Assembly (NCBI GenBank): GCA_040753015.1
Contig: JBFMHM010000002.1
Location: forward strand, 193,126 to 257,125
Length of the DNA stretch: 64,000 nt
Direction: 5' to 3'
DNA from: Candidatus Omnitrophota bacterium
GTDB lineage: Bacteria; Omnitrophota; Gorgyraeia; Gygaellales; JBFMHM01
The translations under genes were made by a program, and so were the position numbers. Numbering within the stretch: position 1 is the first letter of the stretch; every line of letters starts with the position of its first letter. Of this stretch, positions 60,301 through 64,000 are shown in pieces. The notes below the pieces were generated by a model. It searched no databases. It worked only from the letters and a program-made list of their open reading frames with translations, and had not been told where the DNA came from.

Positions 60301-63300
60301 GCCCAAACAATTGATAGCCGCCACCAAGAATTGGCGATAAAACAGCAAGCCAAGTGCCGTCAGCGACAGCATATACCTCTAAGTACTCACTATATTCTGC
60401 ATTAATGTATGAACCGGCAGCAGGGCCGATTAATTTATATTTACCATTACCAAGTTCAATAGCAGCAACCCATGTTTCATCAGGAAAAACAAATAATGAG
60501 GTGATCTCTTTATATCTTGCTTCTGTTAATTTAACTTTTTCTGCAATTAAGCCAACAAAGCTATATTCAGGATTAGGATCATTATCGCTTATTCGATGTT
60601 CAACTACAGCCAACCATCCACCGCTAGGTGTAATTCTAATATCTTTAATTCCGCTAAATCTCTGATCACTAAGTCCTGCTTTTTCTGCCAAAGGCCCGAT
60701 AAAGCCCAGCCTATTGAATTGATATTCTTTGCCCTCATTATATCTAACTACAGCCAGCCAATTATCCGGCATTGCACTAGAATATAATGCTATATTTAAA
60801 AACCCTTGTCCGCGGTATTGCTCGGTACCTTCGCCAAATAAATAAACTTTATTATCGCTTTTTACGGCAACTCTACCTTGATTATAGGTATGTATCTTTG
60901 TTTGTTCTCCAATTTTAATCTTTCTTCCTGTAATCAAGTCAACCACATAACCATCTTCTATAACTAAATCATTTAATACAGCATTCCTTCCGGAATGAGG
61001 AATATCATAGGGCTCAAACAATTCCCAACATTCTTCTCCCGAATCATCTCCGGACAATAATTTCTCAGATGATGGAACAAAACTAGATGGGACAAAATCA
61101 TCGGATAAAAATAATGTTTGCGTTGGTTTTTTTTCGTTTTTAAAATTATTAATAAATTTCATCACAACTTGTTTTGCTTCAGTTGTATCAATATCGGGAA
61201 ATTGCCTTTCTACCTCAGCAATAACTCCAAACAAATAATTGCCAAATGCCATAAGCTGGTATTTATCTTTAATATTGGTTAGCGCTAAAGGAATGTTTGT
61301 TTCAATTAGGCGCAATGCCTGCTCTCTGGTCAATTTAGTAGTATGTAAAATTCTAAGCCTCTTTGAATAAAAAGCATTCAGCAGCTTATAATATTTTTCT
61401 TTTGGCATATTAACCCCATTAGCCCGATCTTTTTCAATTTCAAACTCAAGCTCAAGGCCTTCTAAGATAGCAGCTAAATTTATTTTAATTTGTTCAGCGC
61501 GTGCCTTGATAAAATCAAATTCCTTTTGCCAATCCTCATCAGTTACACCTTGCTTTCCGTATAGAGGCGATGCATTCTCGCTAAAGGCTACTGACTCACC
61601 AACTCCTTCTTCTGTCCAAATCCAAGAATGCCTTATACCATTCACATTACCAGATGGTTCTGATCTATAGCCTGAATGTACCTCAGCCTTAATATCCAAC
61701 TCGCTTAATAAAATCGCATCGACAACTGCGAAACCATCGCATTGCATAGCATAATTTTCAAACATACTTTTTAATGCATTACCAGCTGGTTTTAGATTTG
61801 GGTTAGTCGAATAATAAAACAATTTCAATATTTTTTCTTTGACCTTTTTTCTTTGCTCAAGCGGTAATGATTTTGCTTTTTCTAAAATTCTCTTAATTTC
61901 CGGCGGTAAGCTATCACCAACATTATTTCCGACGATCTCAAAAGGTTTTATCTCTGGTAATTCGCCTGTTTGAGCCTTACGCACGCCAATTCTTACTGCG
62001 CCGGTATCAGCACTTGTATGTAAGTGCCATATTTTATTTGCGCGGTCAAAATAAACTCTTACATCATCAACTTTATTCTCGGTTTGTATATCAGCAATAA
62101 CATAACCTGAAGGAACCAATAACCTATTTGGTTGAGGAGACATAACAACCCATTTTTCCGCTTTACCGCTCAATCGCCAGTGAATTACATCTGGGGAACT
62201 GGGAATTTTTACTCCTAAAATAGGGTCTATTTTAGAAAAACTTACCTGTAAAAGATATTCCATACCTCCGCCTTCAACTTGAGCAAAAACATCCCCTGAG
62301 ATATCTTGATTAGCTGATCCCATGCCAATATTTTCTGGTGATAAATTCTTAGTTAATTCTTGAGGAACAACTTTTTTATCTTTTAGTTCTAGCTGAGTAA
62401 CATCTGTTGTTTTTGAATCTAAAGGCTCAACTTTATGCCAGGTTTTTGGTTTAGGTACTTCTTGGGTTTGTGGAACTATTAGCTCATAAGGCTTTACTTG
62501 TGCCTGCAATTCTTGAAAACCCTTATCACGCTCTTGCCTTAATTGTTCTTCTTCTACGCGTAATTGCTTAAGCTTCTCCCTCTTTTCTTTAAGCTCTCTT
62601 TGTTTTTCTTCCTCTTCGACTTTGTCTAAATCTTTTGCTTGTGCCAAAATAAAATTAAAATTTGTTAATTCAGCGATTAATTTATCGCTATCTTGTTTAG
62701 AATCATCTTCTTCTTGGCTTATGGTGGTTTGTTGTAGAGACGCATTGCTATGCGTCTCTACTTGAGTAATTATATTTTTTTGCACATCATTAGAATCAGA
62801 AATTGCATTTACCACTCCAAACAAAGAGCCTGCACCTAAAAATGCGGCTAAGGTAAAAACCAACCCTCGACGAACAGAATACCGCCTTTGTATACGCCGA
62901 AAGTCTCTACCTACATTATGCTCTATTGCACCTTGAGCGCGGGGAGTTTGCCTTATTACACTGGTTACAGGTACGCCATATTGGCCTGGCTTAAGCATAG
63001 CACCTTCAGCTAATATATCAGCCTGTTGCCTGACTGCGGCATTTCTTAAGCTTTTGTCGCCGGTTGAACTTTCAAATCCAAACGCTATAGCTTGTTCCAA
63101 TGCAGCTCGTTCTTCTGAATTTGGTTCTGCGCCGGTAAAAACTTCTGAATGCGTAACCCGCTCAAACAAATCTTTAAGATGCCATAAACTTTGCGTTCGG
63201 TTAACATTTAAACGTTCTTTAACAAACTTATTTAGCGCTTCTTTTTTACGCGCTTGACTAATTTCATCACTTGATAATTTAGCTATTTCTCCTTGGCGCT

Positions 63301-64000
63301 TTATAATTTCTTTCACATCATCACTTGCAGCTTGCTTCTGCGCTTGCCATTTTTGCATAACAGCCGCTGCTTGTAAATGCAAGACTTCGTATTCTTTTTT
63401 ATTTTTTGGCTCAAAAATACCTTTAGCTTTGATATATACTCGTGGCCAAATTAAGTAAGCATAAACAATTAACCAGTCTGATATGCTTTGATGAACCTTT
63501 TCTAATTCTTCCAAATATTTTTCTAAAACACTATATGCCTTTGAGTTTGCTTCAACATGTTTCATTGCAGCCTTAACTTGACTTACAATTTCCTGGTATT
63601 GTTTCGTAGCTTTATCTAGGGCTAACCAAGGGTCCTCTTGACTACAAGCTGTTTTATACGCCTCTTCCATCTTGCTCATACGCCTAATTAATGCGCGAAA
63701 TCGCCATCTTTCTATCGCCCTCTTTACCCTTAAATAAAGTTCTCTTGTATCCTGCCACATTAATTGTAAATTTGTGCTTCCGTCTGGTCTTAAGTAGGTT
63801 TTATAGTCTCGCTTACACAGATAAGCTAATAACAAAATCACCGGATTCACCCCTGAGCCAACAAAAGTAACCCCCTCATCCCCTACGCCTTGGTCGGCAA
63901 TGGTGGGGGCAGGAGTATTGTCTTCATCGCTAACCTCCATTCCTGTTGCCATTAAAGCTGTAAAAACGTACAACGCCTTTACTATCTCGGTTAAAGGAAG
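57362..64000 (-). CDS. giant multidomain membrane protein (more than 2212 aa, 5' end beyond window): TM - coiled coil - transglutaminase-like core - tandem WG-like repeats - TM - DUF58 (vWA-like, MoxR-associated) domain
   Basis: The frame stays open to nt 64000; the ORF-track M at 63973 is a TTG inside the frame. TGase-like Cys/His core YAMQCDGFAVVDAILL...GIRHSWIWTEEG (about 61574-62263). Six to seven degenerate ~45-aa repeats, Y-x-F-x-GP...W-L/V-A-A/V-V (59879-60856). TM helices at about 62801-62869 and 58838-58894. DUF58 signature RGSEYHQSRHYQYGDSPRDIDWKKTARQS...VKEYQEEYEDGISLLLDF (58145-58183 within 57524-58276). Confidence 0.7.
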   Translation of the reverse strand, partial: LPLTEIVKALYVFTALMATGMEVSDEDNTPAPTIADQGVGDEGVTFVGSGVNPVILLLAYLCKRDYKTYLRPDGSTNLQLMWQDTRELYLRVKRAIERWRFRALIRRMSKMEEAYKTACSQEDPWLALDKATKQYQEIVSQVKAAMKHVEANSKAYSVLEKYLEELEKVHQSISDWLIVYAYLIWPRVYIKAKGIFEPKNKKEYEVLHLQAAAVMQKWQAQKQAASDDVKEIIKRQGEIAKLSSDEISQARKKEALNKFVKERLNVNRTQSLWHLKDLFERVTHSEVFTGAEPNSEERAALEQAIAFGFESSTGDKSLRNAAVRQQADILAEGAMLKPGQYGVPVTSVIRQTPRAQGAIEHNVGRDFRRIQRRYSVRRGLVFTLAAFLGAGSLFGVVNAISDSNDVQKNIITQVETHSNASLQQTTISQEEDDSKQDSDKLIAELTNFNFILAQAKDLDKVEEEEKQRELKEKREKLKQLRVEEEQLRQERDKGFQELQAQVKPYELIVPQTQEVPKPKTWHKVEPLDSKTTDVTQLELKDKKVVPQELTKNLSPENIGMGSANQDISGDVFAQVEGGGMEYLLQVSFSKIDPILGVKIPSSPDVIHWRLSGKAEKWVVMSPQPNRLLVPSGYVIADIQTENKVDDVRVYFDRANKIWHLHTSADTGAVRIGVRKAQTGELPEIKPFEIVGNNVGDSLPPEIKRILEKAKSLPLEQRKKVKEKILKLFYYSTNPNLKPAGNALKSMFENYAMQCDGFAVVDAILLSELDIKAEVHSGYRSEPSGNVNGIRHSWIWTEEGVGESVAFSENASPLYGKQGVTDEDWQKEFDFIKARAEQIKINLAAILEGLELEFEIEKDRANGVNMPKEKYYKLLNAFYSKRLRILHTTKLTREQALRLIETNIPLALTNIKDKYQLMAFGNYLFGVIAEVERQFPDIDTTEAKQVVMKFINNFKNEKKPTQTLFLSDDFVPSSFVPSSEKLLSGDDSGEECWELFEPYDIPHSGRNAVLNDLVIEDGYVVDLITGRKIKIGEQTKIHTYNQGRVAVKSDNKVYLFGEGTEQYRGQGFLNIALYSSAMPDNWLAVVRYNEGKEYQFNRLGFIGPLAEKAGLSDQRFSGIKDIRITPSGGWLAVVEHRISDNDPNPEYSFVGLIAEKVKLTEARYKEITSLFVFPDETWVAAIELGNGKYKLIGPAAGSYINAEYSEYLEVYAVADGTWLAVLSPILGGGYQLFGPSVKEPTDSYKSVQISTEQGKLVAIVGEEIRISNKVVQIPYTSMRILKIDKNGINDLGISIFEGVSNLAVIFASNKLVFFKFFNKDKWIAATVENEGQANQSYRFFGPLADNSFNGNMDAKSYQAKREWIERISYHSNGESTSMVAGEGHWHNFRQAVAGRYGVVDNFETDIRKDRFDLRWENLDKILKEKLGEDEASSAYIVFILKDMLKSDNLKYFDFDRTVEIIDRNLEFFVDAVNGALTNDEIVNLIHFFSKHRIGLEILIQLVTINSERSKTILHRLGQEKIREMFDVYEASQREKFGITTSVYPAYYYNQEARKAIEQLNSLVPQTGNVGPYEDALKEAERKLFVVGLDSPDANLSQGDLERIFQGLHRYLETRTGSSGFAFDVELSADTRSDTLFKAIKLLQANAEACKIRSLSPVEAANKEASLREWQAINDKLNEILGPEFSGQKTIDSLWVEFWKEANQDGLFLLFLIGLLHFALSFMSDYLRRKDLILGASANDVINKIWQDNPWFGGELGNARKLLAELMLANKELSNEEQGRIENLRKRLQGRERVIFDCVRAIALESPKEANPKLARRLLSLIPAVSLLLVRSKLEHRQRQKMNKQIRSLVEEISSGDITAPKQAYSRLEAIIKSFDSQSQQRAQSGSLVSVGDSLSLAQKIEQGLSRGTKVIPPVTNGHLRLSGKSGRRSGRGSEYHQSRHYQYGDSPRDIDWKKTARQSPDKPPAVKEYQEEYEDGISLLLDFRSLGSQDNFEPWIHSFINSILVQFKNRCVGRSNYHYCLNRLIFVLPDGSIVSEKVTLPHKTSLNLMGLAKVIIPRVLARWNKARASFAGQDTTQINLEFYDDAENQRYSQRTKSITGSSNIIDSERLTEFGHEFAQIRGQDLYCIGLDDDLRLGLAQLLPNHRVRGFHWLANRALALTQSANLSPNITIEDIGELAMQYPRPSGRTQEPAPTEAAHGGIDLSLIQITLVS

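Noticed and set aside
58072-60787. Multiple 60-110-aa ORFs on both strands inside the giant gene (e.g. 58584..58832 +, 60354..60665 +)
   Set aside because: They are fully nested in, or antisense to, a continuous 6.6-kb reading frame with domain-level homology and have no motifs of their own.
63971-63973. Start codon of the giant ORF at 63973 as given by the ORF track
   Set aside because: The codon is TTG and the frame remains open upstream to nt 64000 (LPLTEIVKA-L-YVF...), so the gene continues beyond the window and the true start is unknown.
1-64000. Alternative genetic code (stop-codon reassignment) suggested by the in-frame TAG in the OMP gene
   Set aside because: All other genes, about 60 of them, terminate cleanly at TAA/TAG/TGA with homology-consistent lengths, so a single interrupted gene is better explained as a pseudogene or sequencing error.
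1-64000. CRISPR arrays, rRNA or tRNA genes
   Set aside because: No regularly spaced direct repeats or GC-rich RNA-gene-like islands were seen in any intergenic spacer. All spacers over 60 bp were inspected and are AT-rich promoter-like sequence apart from the trpB-trpA element.

Overview
This is an AT-rich (about 30% GC) bacterial chromosomal segment. Almost all genes lie on the minus strand and most are housekeeping genes, so roughly 1-52 kb reads as core genome and roughly 52-64 kb as accessory.

The core part, left to right:
- 1-10 kb: a CinA/PncC-like C-terminal fragment, thpR, an outer-membrane beta-barrel gene broken by one in-frame TAG, pgpA, pgsA, a rimO-like methylthiotransferase, a RodZ-like protein, ftsK, pnp, rpsO and an NnrE-like epimerase.
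- 10-21 kb: a UvrD-type helicase fused to a Cas4/RecB-type nuclease domain, rpmB (the only plus-strand gene in the core part), recJ, argS, rsfS, a CNNM/CBS membrane protein, mgtE and an M16 peptidase.
- 21-26 kb: a trpG-D-C-F-B-A operon with no trpE, carrying an about 100-bp GC-rich hairpin element between trpB and trpA.
- 26-41 kb: a Bacillus-like syntenic block (PSP1/RicT, holB, tmk, cysS, cysE, ispF, ispD, yacL-like PIN/TRAM, radA, then mcsA, mcsB, clpC) with mlaEFD inserted between clpC and radA.
- 41-47 kb: lolCD-like genes, lysS, then a mannoside-type sugar locus (GPH symporter, GH130 phosphorylase, an HTH-less LacI-like protein, an apparently permuted ROK-like kinase).
- 49-51 kb: an RCK_C membrane protein and a REC-GGDEF(GGDDF)-MshEN signalling protein.

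Mla, Lol and an outer-membrane barrel point to a diderm cell envelope.

The accessory-looking part has three things of note:
- A divergent pair of paralogous FemAB-like tandem-GNAT transferases. One is co-operonic with two small ArnE/ArnF-like 4-TM proteins.
- An AbiEi/AbiEii type IV toxin-antitoxin pair.
- A giant ORF (more than 2212 aa, running off the window edge) that fuses a transglutaminase-like core, tandem WG-like repeats, two TM helices and a C-terminal DUF58 domain in one polypeptide.

No rRNA, tRNA or CRISPR array was seen.

Every domain call below rests on motifs read by eye from the six-frame translations; no database search was run.
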